A stretch of 38,878 bases of DNA from Octopus bimaculoides (taxonomy: Eukaryota). The stretch is taken from NCBI RefSeq assembly GCF_001194135.2, contig NC_068981.1, positions 156,360,528-156,399,405 on the forward strand. Reading direction: 5' to 3'. The notes under the pieces were generated by a model, which saw only the letters and a list, made by a program, of their open reading frames with translations, ran no database searches and had not been told where the DNA came from. A program made the position numbers and the translations under genes. Each line of letters begins with the position of its first letter. The stretch's first letter is position 1. Below, one piece after another: positions 1 through 11,605 of this stretch.

Positions 1-80
1 CACACACACGAACACACAAATACGAACACACACACACACGCACGCACGCATGCACACTCACACATGCGCGCACACACACA
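1..80. repeat. Imperfect (CA)n/(CACG)n microsatellite
   Basis: Direct inspection. Confidence 0.95.
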
Positions 81-358
81 TTGCCTTTCATTTGTGTTTA
101 TGTGTGTGCACGAGTGTGACACTGCTGAAGTCGCTCGTTCTACTTGTTTGTGTATATATTGGCTTAGTTGTATAGAGTGTTTGGAAACTATGAATAAGGT
201 ACATGTTTCGAGAACTTGTCGGTAACATTTTTTTCTCCTCGTCTTCTTACCCAACTTTCTAGGCTCTCATCACAGCTATCCCGCGTTCAAAAATTGTACA
301 GGTATTTAAAAAATTTTCATTCAATAAATAAGAAATTACGTATACATTAATAGAATAA

Positions 359-1797
359 TCTTAATATATAAATCTGAAGTTGTGTGTCTGTGTGAAGCCT
401 TTTTGAAAGTTTATAGAAATCCACATTTTCCACTTTTTCGTAAAAATTTTTACATCAATGGAATTTTCTCGATCTGAACTTTCCAGTGCAGTAATTAGAT
501 TTTTAAAATTCCGTTTACTTTGTGTGATTTAAGGGAGATTTGGCTGTTGTTTCTAGCAACTTTTATATTTCATCCCTTCTACCTGGAACACCATTCTTAC
601 ACACGCGCTCAACATAAAAATATAGAGAGTAAGAGTGGGAGAGGGAGAGAGAGAGAAAGTGATACATACAACGTCATAGATTAAACTTTCATCTCAGTAT
701 TCTTTACCTATTTTTCATAACATAGATNNNNNNNNNNNNNNNNNNNNNNNNNNNNNNNNNNNNNNNNNNNNNNNNNNNNNNNNNNNNNNNNNNNNNNNNN
801 NNNNNNNNNNNNNNNNNNNNNNNNNNNNNNNNNNNNNNNNNNNNNNNNNNNNNNNNNNNNNNNNNNNNNNNNNNNNNNNNNNNNNNNNNNNNNNNNNNNN
901 NNNNNNNNNNNNNNNNNNNNNNNNNNNNNNNNNNNNNNNNNNNNNNNNNNNNNNNNNNNNNNNNNNNNNNNNNNNNNNNNNNNNNNNNNNNNNNNNNNNN
1001 NNNNNNNNNNNNNNNNNNNNNNNNNNNNNNNNNNNNNNNNNNNNNNNNNNNNNNNNNNNNNNNNNNNNNNNNNNNNNNNNNNNNNNNNNNNNNNNNNNNN
1101 NNNNNNNNNNNNNNNNNNNNNNNNNNNNNNNNNNNNNNNNNNNNNNNNNNNNNNNNNNNNNNNNNNNNNNNNNNNNNNNNNNNNNNNNNNNNNNNNNNNN
1201 NNNNNNNNNNNNNNNNNNNNNNNNNNNNNNNNNNNNNNNNNNNNNNNNNNNNNNNNNNNNNNNNNNNNNNNNNNNNNNNNNNNNNNNNNNNNNNNNNNNN
1301 NNNNNNNNNNNNNNNNNNNNNNNNNNNNNNNNNNNNNNNNNNNNNNNNNNNNNNNNNNNNNNNNNNNNNNNNNNNNNNNNNNNNNNNNNNNNNNNNNNNN
1401 NNNNNNNNNNNNNNNNNNNNNNNNNNNNNNNNNNNNNNNNNNNNNNNNNNNNNNNNNNNNNNNNNNATTGCTTCATCACAAATTGCCATCCTAGCTCCTG
1501 TGAAAAGGGATTACCCTGCTATGTATAATCAGGGCAAGGGCAGCGCAAAAAGTTGTTTCGCACAAGCATTTCTATAGCCAATTACACGGATGAAATTTAC
1601 GTATGCTTAATAATTTTACGCAAAACAGCCTTCAGACTTTCCCTATTAATTTCATCGTCTTTTGAATTATGAACATATTTACACCATAAGGGTTTTTTCG
1701 TTGTAAGGCTTTCTTTTTTAGTTGATTTTCAGCTAGCAAGACTTATCGTAGATAGCATAATAAGTCACACCCGGACAAGGTCGGGTTATACTGCTAG
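359..1797 (+). mobile_element. Non-autonomous Helitron-like element (spans an assembly gap; may be composite)
   Basis: A|TCTTAATATATAAA 5' end at 359; 3' hairpin ccggacaaggtcgg (1771-1784) then CTAG|T at 1794-1798; A/T target. Confidence 0.65.
728..1466. other. Assembly gap
   Basis: Run of N. Confidence 1.
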
Positions 1798-1831
1798 TAA
1801 ATAATAAATTACACATACATTAATAGAATAA

Positions 1832-2159
1832 ATTGTCGGTTTTCCAAATAGCGAATGAAAACTTAAAAGAGAAAGTGAGAAACTTTGCAAATGAGAATGG
1901 AATACTCTGCAGTGAATGCAATGAATATTTAAATTTGTGAATTGGACGCAGTGAATGCAATGACTAAGTTTGCGAGAAATTTGAGTTAAAAAAAAAATTC
2001 AAGAAACTAGAGAAATCGAAATTATAGGAAATTTCTTAGAACATGAATTTATAACAAATATTTCCAAACGGTCAACCTTTTAATAATTGCCTTCTTTTAG
2101 TACTTTTAGTAATTGTTACATAACTAATTAATAAACAGCTTCCTCCATTATAGTATAGA
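1832..2159 (-). mobile_element. Probable 5' part of another Helitron-like element
   Basis: Minus strand begins A|TCTATACTATAAT at 2159, a typical Helitron 5' terminus; no 3' end identified. Confidence 0.4.
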
Positions 2160-2193
2160 TGCATGCATATATATATATATATATATATATATA

Positions 2194-2497
2194 CTAGCAG
2201 CTAAGCTCGGTTTCACCCGGTCTGTTTGGATGATGTGGCTGTGATCGTTTTCGGTTAGGCATTATCTATAACAGCGTTTCTCAACCTTATCATTTCGGAT
2301 CCCCTGTTTTTATTAGAGCCTCCAGCTGTATGAAAATTTCCTGACTCCCTCCGCCTTGTTAGAAAACAGCTTCAGGAGTTGTGAAGAACGAATTTGTACG
2401 TAGTCTGTTTCTGAGAGCTATTCTATTGGACCTCTGTCTAATCATTAAAACATTGATTTAATTATGAACATAGAAAGAAATTATAAATTAATCCCTA

Positions 2498-2531
<34 letters not shown>

Positions 2532-2805
2532 CATGCTTGCGCGTGTGTATGTGAGAGAGAAAGAGGGTGTGAAAGAGAGATAGAGTGAGTGAGTGAGTGA
2601 AGAAACAGGGGAATACCATTAGAAAAGTTTTTATCGATTATCTCAGTAACTATGGGGGCTAGGAAAAAATACTAGCCGCATTCCAATCTATGCACCTGTT
2701 TCCACATGTGTGCCATTTTTCACGCGAATCCACTCAGCCGTTTGGCTGTGAACTTCATGACAAGAAAGAATACAACGATCGCCCATGTCCAATTTATATA
2801 ATATA
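2194..2805 (-). mobile_element. Non-autonomous Helitron-like element
   Basis: Minus strand ends with hairpin ccgggtgaaaccga then CTAG|T (CTAG at 2194-2197); 5' end degenerates into (TA)n near 2800; internal (GT)n/(GA)n. Confidence 0.65.
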
Positions 2806-2817
2806 TATATATATATA

Positions 2818-4010
2818 CACAGGTTGGACAAAATAATGGAAACACCTTAAAATTTCAAACAAATATTTTTTATATGGGGCAGGACCGCATTAGGCAGTAA
2901 TTACAGCTTCAGTTCTACGAGGCATGGACTCGTACATAGATTGAATTGTTTCCAAAGGAATTTTTATCCATTCTTCAGCTAAAACAGTCTCCAGTTCCTG
3001 TAGTGATGATGGTGGAGGATATCAACTCCTAATTTGTTTTTCTAAAATGCACCATAAATGTTCAATCTGGTGGCCAGGTAAGATGTTCAACTTCACTAGA
3101 ATGTTCCTCGTGCCATTCAGTAACAACTTTAGATGTGTGAATTGGTGCATTATCGTCCTGAAAGATTGCGTTTCTCTCCGGAAACAGTTCCGCAACCATA
3201 GGATGAATTGATCAGATAAAATGCTTAAATAGTCTTGACTATTAATTCAGCCATGAAGGGAAACCATTGGGCCGGCGGATTTCCAAGATATAGCTTCCCA
3301 GATCATCACAGATCCTCCTCCATATTTAACAGTTGGAAAAAAGCAGCCTGGGTCAAATGCTTCTTTTGGCTGTCTCTACAGGTATACTCGGTCGGTGGTC
3401 GGAAATAAGGTAAAGGATGACTCGTCCGGGAAAATAACATTCTTTCACTGCTCTAGGGACCAATTCTGTAGGTTTTTACTCCGCTCTAAACGCCTTGCAA
3501 CGTTTGTTTTGAAAGTAGTGGTTTTCTGATTGCAGCCCTCCCGTGAAATCCGGCTTTGTGCAGCTCCCAGCGAACAGTTTTTGTGGAAATTGGGTTCTCG
3601 AGGTGATCATTAAGCTCTGCAGTAATTTTGGGAGCTGTACTTTTGTGATCCTTTATCACAACTCACGTAAGAGTCCGATGGTCCCTATCTGGAAGTTTTG
3701 GTTTTCTTTCGGAGTTTTGTTTCGACGAGGAGGTTTTTCCATCTTTCTCAAAAGCTATCATTACTGTCGAGACAGTATTTCTTGATACATTAAACATTTC
3801 GGGTGTTTTCTTTACGCTAGCGCCTACCATACGAGCACCAACAATTTGACCTCTTTGAAAGTCTGATAGATCTGTCATTTTAATGAATTTTAATCACCTT
3901 TTCTGGTGATATCTGAAAAGAAAGTGCAATCTTAGCAAAATATATTAAGCAACACTAATAATAAAAAAAAACATGAAAATAAACAAGCTTTATAGATATT
4001 TCAAAATTGT
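2818..4010 (-). mobile_element. Degenerate Tc1-like DNA transposon
   Basis: TA|CACAGGTTGGACAAAATAATGGAAACACC TIR at 2818; opposite TIR lost at a SINE junction near 4015. Confidence 0.85.
2870..3878 (-). pseudogene. Tc1 transposase pseudogene
   Basis: MTDLSDFQRGQIVGARMVGASV..VSRNTVSTV..RKPKL paired-like HTH, followed by a disrupted catalytic region. Confidence 0.85.
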
Positions 4011-4014
4011 GATG

Positions 4015-4421
4015 CACAATCGGTTGTCAAGCGATGTTGGGAGGACAATCACAGACACACACACACACACACACANNNNNNNNNNNNNNNNNNNNNNNNN
4101 NNNNNNNNNNNNNNNNNNNNNNNNNNNNNNNNNNNNNNNNNNNNNNNNNNNNNNNNNNNNNNNNNNNNNNNNNNNNNNNNNNNNNNNNNNNNNNNNNNNN
4201 NNNNNNNNNNNNNNNNNNNNNNNNNNNNNNNNNNNNNNNNNNNNNNNNNNNNNNNNNNNATACATATACATATATACGACGGGCTTCTTTCAGTTTCCGT
4301 CTACCAAATCCACTCACAAGGCTTTGGTCGGCCCGAGGCTAAAGGAGAAGACACGTGCTCAAGGTGCCACGCAGTGGGATGAACCCGGAACCATGTAGTT
4401 GGTAAGCAAGCTACTGACCGC
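4015..4421 (-). mobile_element. tRNA-derived SINE with central microsatellite (3'-truncated, gapped)
   Basis: Minus strand: tRNA-like head with B-box GGTTCATCCC, then gcgtggcaccttgagcacgtgtctt core, TA/GT repeat, then tcccaacatcgcttgacaaccg. Confidence 0.85.
4076..4259. other. Assembly gap
   Basis: Run of N within microsatellite. Confidence 1.
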
Positions 4422-4503
4422 AAAACAAACGACATAACATATACTCAGTGTACAACCGGGCAGGAGACAAATACAAAAGGTCCCTAATTTATTATAACTG
4501 GTC

Positions 4504-4788
4504 AAAACGTGACAATGGATTCAAATTAAAAGATAAAATGAAGAAGGATAGGTCTACACGTGTCGACACATATATAGACGTAAACACAGCCCTTCCGCTC
4601 GCGCTAGTCAAGAGATGTCAATGAACATGGTCATAAACAACCAAGATGGGCGCCTCTAATATGACCATATTCAGTAACACCACCTGAACAGCGTGAGCGG
4701 GTAGGGTGTGTGTACGTCTATATATGTGTCAACACGTATAGACCTATCCTTCATTTTATGTTTCAATTAGGATCCTTTGTCATGTTTT
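4504..4788. mobile_element. Foldback/MITE-like inverted repeat with ~100-bp arms
   Basis: 4504-4605 is the approximate reverse complement of 4690-4788; ~84-bp spacer. Confidence 0.8.
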
Positions 4789-5296
4789 ATTCTCTATCTT
4801 GTATTTCTTTATTTTTATGTTATGTACTCACTGTGAACTTAGCCAGACCCATTTTCCGGTTATAATCCGGAAATATTTAACATTCACTGTCAGTATAGCC
4901 AATATCCTACAGGTGACACAACATTCCAAGCGAAACTCAGTATATGAAACGAAATATCTCATTTAAAATGTGACACCTGACGAGATGCAGCCGGCAAAAA
5001 TGGACGCAACACAACTAGCTGTGCAATATACCATCTATAAGGTACAGATGCAGGATGCATCCAAATGATTGTTGGGTTGAATAAAGATTCTTGCCAACTC
5101 CATTTTCTGTTTCCCTCATTCATTATAAACTCAACGAACATCGCGGAATCCCTGATGTAGATCCAGTGACAATTATATCATAACCGTGGATCACAACAGG
5201 AAGCCTAAACGGTTTAAGTGGTTTAATCGGCATACTACAAAACATATACTCAAAGTCCAAATAATTACTTATATTTGTGTGTGTACGTGTGTGTGT

Positions 5297-5350
<54 letters not shown>

Positions 5351-5686
5351 NNNNNNNNNNNNNNNNNNNNNNNNNNNNNNNNNNNNNNNNNNNNNNNNNN
5401 NNNNNNNNNNNNNNNNNNNNNNNNNNNNNNNNNNNNNNNNNNNNNNNNNNNNNNNNNNNNNNNNNNNNNNNNNNNNNNNNNNNNNNNNNNNNNNNNNNNN
5501 NNNNNNNNNNNNNNNNNNNNNNNNNNNNNNNNNNNNNNNNNNNNNNNNNNNNNNNNNNNNNNNNNNNNNNNNNNNNNNNNNNNNNNNNNNNNNNNNNNNN
5601 NNNNNNNNNNNNNNNNNNNNNNNNNNNNNNNNNNNNNNNNNNNNNNNNNNNNNNNNNNNNNNNNNNNNNNNNNNNNNNNNNNNNNN
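5351..5686. other. Assembly gap
   Basis: Run of N after (GT)n. Confidence 1.
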
Positions 5687-6490
5687 GAAGGAACAGCGTG
5701 CTTCTGTGAAATTCTGTTTTCTGCTGGGGAAAACAGTGGCCGAAACAGCTGTCATGCTTCAAAAAGCTTACAAATACGTTGCCATGAGCAAAACAAGTTT
5801 ACCGGTGGTTTTTACGATTTAGGAATGGTCACTGGTCGCTTGAAGACCAACCTCGTTCAGGGCGACCATCAACCTCCTGAACAAATGAAAACCACACGAA
5901 AATTCATGAACTGATCTTGGAGGGCTATCGCTGAAAAATTGACGAACTTGTGATATGACTGGTGCATCCTAGAGCTCCTGCCAACGAATTTTGAGCGTGG
6001 AATTGCGAATGAAAAGAGTTGCAACAAAATTTGTGCCTCGCTTGCTCACGGAAGATCAAAAACGGTCACGACTGAATGCGTGTCGTGAACTGAAAGAACA
6101 GTTGGAAATTGATCCGAATCTTCTTCCGGAGGTCATCACTGGTGACGAAAGTCAGTGCTACGGCTACGACCTGGAAACAAAGCAGCAACCAAGTCAATAG
6201 AAGCATTCAATGTCACCACGCCTCACAAAAAGGGCGTCAAGCAAAGTCCAATGTCAAGACGATACTGATTTGTTTAATCGATGCGAAAGGAATTGTTCAC
6301 ACAGAATTTGTTCCTCCTGGTCAAACTGCTAACCAGATATTTTATTTGGCAGTTTTGAAGCGTTTGCGAGACGCGGTGAGACGAAAACGCCCTGACCTCT
6401 GGCAAAGTGGAGAGTGGTGGTTTCATCACGACAATGCACCTGCGCACACTATCTTGAGAGTGAGACAGTTTTGCCAAAAATGGCATGACC
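5687..6490 (+). pseudogene. Mariner transposase pseudogene (3'-truncated)
   Basis: EQRASVKFCFLLGKT, KFVPRLLT, ITGDES, EFVPPGQT, FHHDNAPAH across frameshifts. Confidence 0.95.
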
Positions 6491-6914
6491 TCGCTGCAAG
6501 CTTTGCATTGCTCAGCGAGCAAGGATCCTCAAAGACTCCCTGAAACCAAGGTTACTGAACTCTCGCCAGGAAATTTACAGTCCCTGCATCCATTTCAAAG
6601 GCTATCTGCTGCAAGTACGGGATTCCCCGTTCACCGATTAGATTCGGAAAGGTCCTTACAAACTAAAAGCAGCCTAAGGGCGAAATTCCTTGTTCCCCTT
6701 CTTTTGGCCCATATGAACTGGTCCAAGTGAGGTAACTCACCCTTGCCAACCCGGATTGTTTATTCTTTGGTTACTTACCAACTAACTGATCGTAATGGAT
6801 TATTGCCTATCAGAGTTGAAGAGTTATGTCTTCAGCTTTAGTATCTGACAAGCCGTCCATGGGGCTAGGCCCTTTATGGATGCGAAACCATTGGTCACTC
6901 TAAGACCCAAAATA

Positions 6915-6983
<69 letters not shown>

Positions 6984-7189
6984 NNNNNNNNNNNNNNNNN
7001 NNNNNNNNNNNNNNNNNNNNNNNNNNNNNNNNNNNNNNNNNNNNNNNNNNNNNNNNNNNNNNNNNNNNNNNNNNNNNNNNNNNNNNNNNNNNNNNNNNNN
7101 NNNNNNNNNNNNNNNNNNNNNNNNNNNNNNNNNNNNNNNNNNNNNNNNNNNNNNNNNNNNNNNNNNNNNNNNNNNNNNNNNNNNNNNNN
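6984..7189. other. Assembly gap
   Basis: Run of N after (CA)n(TA)n. Confidence 1.
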
Positions 7190-7204
7190 CGTATATATAT
7201 AGAT

Positions 7205-7420
7205 ATATTTATGTGTGTGTCTTTGCGTCTGCGTTTGTGTCCCCCACCATCGCTTGACAACCGATCTTGGTGTGTTTATGTTCTCGAAACTTGATGGTTC
7301 GGTAAAAGAGACTGATAGAATAAGTACTAGGCTTGCAAAGAATAAGTCCTGGGGTTGATTCTTCGACTAAAGACTGTGCTCCAGCATGGCCGCAGTCAAA
7401 TGACTGAAACATGTAAAAGA
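7205..7420 (+). mobile_element. 3' half of tRNA-derived SINE
   Basis: tttgtgtcccccaccatcgcttgacaaccg...ctccagcatggccgcagtcaaatgactgaaac; same family as 4015-4421. Confidence 0.85.
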
Positions 7421-7456
7421 GTAAATATATATGTGTGTGTGTGTGTTTGTGCGTGC

Positions 7457-7487
<31 letters not shown>

Positions 7488-7744
7488 TGTGTCTGCGTGT
7501 GTGTGTGTGTATGTATTATTAATATGGTTAGAAAATAGAGAGTTTAAGATGTATAGTTAATTTATTGGCATCATGGTTTGAAGTTAAAATTTAAATACGA
7601 TTAAATTAACTATACATCCTCAATTCTCAATTTTCTTACCTCATTAATAATACTTATTATAATAAGTGCTAACATATCGTGGAGATTTTCTTCTATGATG
7701 GAGATCAGAACAGTGAAATTTTGGATTTATTAATCTCTAATGAG

Positions 7745-8030
7745 GACATGACATGCTTGAAGTGAGCGACTACATAGACTCCTTCCTCTCTTTTGTCCAA
7801 TCCTTCCATCCTGCTCTCGAATTCTCCTGCACTATTTCTAACTATTCTGTCGCATTTCTTGACATTTCTGTTGGTATACACCACTCCGCTCTCACAACCT
7901 CTATCCACTACAAACACACCGAGTCACACTCCTACTTTAACTTCTCCTACCCATACCAAGTTCTCCATTCCCTACTCCCAATTCCTCCGTCTGCGCAGGC
8001 TCTGCAGTGACAACCATGGCTTTGAATGTG
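7745..8030 (+). pseudogene. Penelope-like element RT C-terminal/thumb fragment
   Basis: SFHPALEFS..VAFLDISV..TSIHYK..SHSY and HTKFSIPYSQFLRLRRLCS in two frames. Confidence 0.85.
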
Positions 8031-8069
8031 ATGAGTATCATGCTGGAATGTGGTGATTATCATGTTGGA

Positions 8070-9235
8070 ATCAGTAGAAAATGTTCTGTCCAACGTTTTT
8101 TGAAACGACTAAATAATTAGAATTGCTTTGGTGTCACACCTGTGACCTAACGTAGATTCAGAATTGGGCGGGGTATTATGGATAAAATTTTCTTAGCCCA
8201 ACAGCTTTGGGAGAAGTGCATTGAGCAACAAATACCGTTGTATCAGGTATTTGTAGACCTTACCAAAGCCCTGGATACTGTTAATCGTAATGCATCGTGG
8301 GTCATATTTGAGAAGCTTGAATGCCCACCTGAATACTTAAGGAACTTTATCAGAACACGAAGGCAAAAATGAAATTCAATGTGACACTTTTAGCACTAAT
8401 TTCAGTGGAAAACGACATCAAACAGGATGACATATTAATACCCACAGTTCTCCATATACTTCGCCGTAATACCAACACATGCTTTCCAGGATTGCGAAAT
8501 CGGTGTTCACATGCGATTTAGAGCTTCTGGCGGTCTTCACTTTAAGACGTTTCAACACCAAGTCAAAAACATTTGGCACTCTTGTCAGGTAGTTATTTTG
8601 TTCTGATGGTACAAATTTTGTGGCTCACTCAGTAGAAGACATGCAGATGATAGTGAACATTTTCTTCGATGTGTGCACTGCATTTGAACACAATATTGGT
8701 TTCAAATTTTGGCACGAGGCGAGCAATTTCAGAGGAGAGGGTTAAGTCGATTACATCGATCATAGTGCTCGAATGGTACTTGTTCTATCGACCCCCAAAG
8801 AATGAAAAGCAAAGCTGACCTCGACGAAATTTGAACTCAGTACGTAAAGACGGACGAAATGCAGTTAAACATTTTGCCTGACGTGCTAACGATTTTGCCT
8901 GCCCGCCGCCTTATATTAGCATGAAGACAGAGGTCGTACACACACTATTAGTTGGGTAAGCATATGTGGAGCCCGACATCTTCGTGGCAGGAAAATGACT
9001 TGAGGTAGTGGATAGCTTTGTGTATCTCGGAAGTACGCTTAGCAGAGATACAACCCCTGATGCCAAAATAAATCAGGATTGCGAAAGCTAGAGTTGCTTT
9101 TCCGAAACCCGAGAAACAAGTCTGGCCAGATAGGGGTATCACAAAAAACACAAAGCTGTCTGTGTATGAGGCCTGTGTTCTCACAGTCCTGCTAAAGGGA
9201 TGCAAAACTTAGACAAGCTACAGACATCATGCTAA
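8070..9235 (+). mobile_element. RTE (BovB-like) LINE RT fragment
   Basis: GRGIMDKIF..EKCIEQ..FVDLTKALDTVNR; VDSFVYLGSTLS; TKLSVYEACVL. Confidence 0.9.
8698..8912 (-). mobile_element. tRNA-derived SINE (second family) nested in RTE
   Basis: Minus-strand head aaggcggcgggcaggcaaaatcgttagcacg..gagttcaaatttcg (B-box); ATATT duplicated at 8693-8697 and 8913-8917. Confidence 0.85.
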
Positions 9236-10199
9236 GTCAGTTGGAAAAATCAAACTGGAGAGATAGGAAGGCATGTAGGACCTTCCAGCGAAGAGATAGG
9301 GTAGAAGAGTGGAAAAGGAGGGAGGGGTGCGGATTGGTGTGGGGTAGTGTGAGGAAAGAGGACGGATGTGCAGTCTATTTACTGAGCAGTTTGAATTAGG
9401 TAGAGAGATATCCTTGACAATTGAAGATACAGACCACGTATTGAAACGGAGTCTCGAAATCTTTCGCAGTTAGAATTAATTAACTGCAGACGTATGAAGC
9501 AAAGTTGAATAAATATGTGCATACAATCATATTCTAACTTGATCAAGATTTCCGCATATCAGCAACTGTACTATTTGCTGATCTTACTTATAAATATGAA
9601 TAACCGTTTTTCAAGGTTGTTAATGTCTGATTCGGTATTCGTAGCTGATGCAGAAACGCATATGTCCTGTGATCCGATGATGTCTTCTTTAACCTAAGGA
9701 TGTGTTTACTCATATATTGTCTATGAGACGAATTTTCTCTCGAGACTATTTCCACAGCGGAAGAACTTTTCACGTCCAAGTGTACATGAACGTGTTAAAT
9801 ATGATTGTGTACACACATACTTTATTCAACGCTGCTTCGTGTGTTTCCAGTTAAGAAAAATACAATTAAAATAATTTAAAAGTGCTTGAAGGTTATAAAT
9901 TTATTGTATTATTGCAACATTTAATTAAGAAAACGGAAGTAAAATTTATTTTTGTACATGTAACAGTAACATCAACCTAAGCTAGAATCCTGATATAACG
10001 TATTAAATTGAAATCATGCCACGTAGCTTACTTTTCAAAATATACTTAGTCTTTTCTGAGAAGTTGATATGTCATCCTTATGCACACTCCACCAAGAAGT
10101 CAGGGTCTAGAGAGGCCAGCGATGCTACAGCTGCTCCTTTATTTATGCTTCTATATGCTTTTTACTTTTTTTTTTATTCTACGTGTTCTTTATTCATTC

Positions 10200-10960
10200 C
10201 ACTCGAACCTAAAGTTTGTTCAGTCTGAGTGGAATGTTCGAGATGTCGTATTTGCGTCTAGAGTGCTCGGTGGGTAATTCTTATATGTAGTGACTAGGGA
10301 TGGGGTTGTTTAACATGCTTTGACAATAAATTGTATCCTTTGGATGCTCAGGTAGTTGTTCATTGTTAGTATCTTCATTTGCATTCCTTTTCCTATAATG
10401 TATATTAGATATGAAAACGATTTAATATTCGGGGAGGCTGAAAGCTGCGTAGTTCCTCAGTGACAAGTCGTTTTGGGCCGGCGCCAGGAGAAAAAGAAAG
10501 AATTGGGTTTGGGTACTGTATTTATACATGTTGGAAAGCTGGATGTAGGTCAAAGAACAATGGAAAGTAAATGGGTTTAATCTCTGTTGAACTGTATCCA
10601 ACTTAAGTATGTTGACTTAAACTATACAATTTAACTAAGTGTGACAGTTGACCCTCATAAATTTCTAAGTGCTAATGCCGAGAACAATAGGAAGAAATGC
10701 GTAGAAAAATCTAGGCTAAAGTCTCGATTCCTGGTTACGAATCCTGGAAGCGACTTGCTACATTCTGCTACAAATAATCACAGTATTTTCAATGTGTCGA
10801 TAAAATGCCAGAATCACAATTTCGACTTTTGGTACTCTGGCCGTCTGTATGGTGGAGGAAAGATAGAACAGAAAATGTATATAACTGCTACAACATTCAA
10901 ACATAAACTGCGGACTAGCAATTTTTTAAAATGAGAATAGCTGTTATATTCACTATCTTT
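10200..10960 (+). pseudogene. Highly degenerate piggyBac (PGBD-like) transposase remnant
   Basis: Ordered remnants VTRD, CFDN, ILDMKTI*YSGRLKAA*FLSDK (cf. IDESMIPYFGRHSAKQFIRGK), ELGLGTV, ENNRKKC, YN..TAD*Q. Confidence 0.55.
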
Positions 10961-11119
10961 GCTTTTTAACCACTGGAAAGCGAAGAAGGCCAAGAAATTT
11001 GATAATAAAAAGTAAATAAATGTGTCACAAAATATTTCCAGGAGGCTAAATCAAGCGCAAGAATTGCAGGAGCTGGTGCAGTGATGAACTAGTTTCAGCG
11101 TTTGGTCATTAGAAGAAAC

Positions 11120-11605
11120 AAGGTAGGGGGGAAAGTTAAACTCGCTATCTTCAGTTCGGTGTTCGTGCCTGCCCTTACCTATGGTAATGGATCTTGGGTA
11201 ATGAGCGAAAGGATACGATAGCGAATATAAGCGGCAAAAATGGGATTTGGTTGATGTATCTTTGAAGTAACGTTACTCGATAGAGTGCATAGCTGGGAGA
11301 TCAGAGAGGCGCTCCAGGTAGAGCTGCTATTCTGATACTACGGATATATGATAAGAATACCCCAGGAAAGAATAGCTGGACAGATTCTACGGGCAAAACC
11401 AACTGGAAGGAGAACCAGGGGTAAACAGCGTACAAGAAGGTTGGATAACATCCATGAACTCGGTTGATCTCACATGGGGATCCAGTGGGATGAACTGGAG
11501 ACCGTTGCTTCTAACAGAACCCGTTGGAAAGCGTGTTTGAGGGCTCTGCCCCCACTACTTCGTAGGAATAAGCGAGCGAAGAAGAGATGAGGTGAGATGA
11601 GATGA
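11120..11605 (+). mobile_element. RTE-clade LINE 3' fragment
   Basis: FVPALTYGNGSW..RVHSWEIRE..YGYMIR..GRRTRGKQRTR..W; ends in (GAGAT)n-like tail. Confidence 0.8.

Noticed and set aside
704-1489. Long ORFs made of X residues (also at 4.0, 5.2, 6.9, 15.1, 16.5 and 33.8 kb)
   Set aside because: Artefacts of translating N gaps
4960-5260. Possible GIY-YIG or exon remnant
   Set aside because: Only a weak LNEHR-like resemblance; no consistent motif order or splice signals
10218-10272. Exon-like peptide FVQSEWNVRDVVFASRVLGG ending at gtaatt
   Set aside because: Lies within, and is better explained by, the piggyBac remnant
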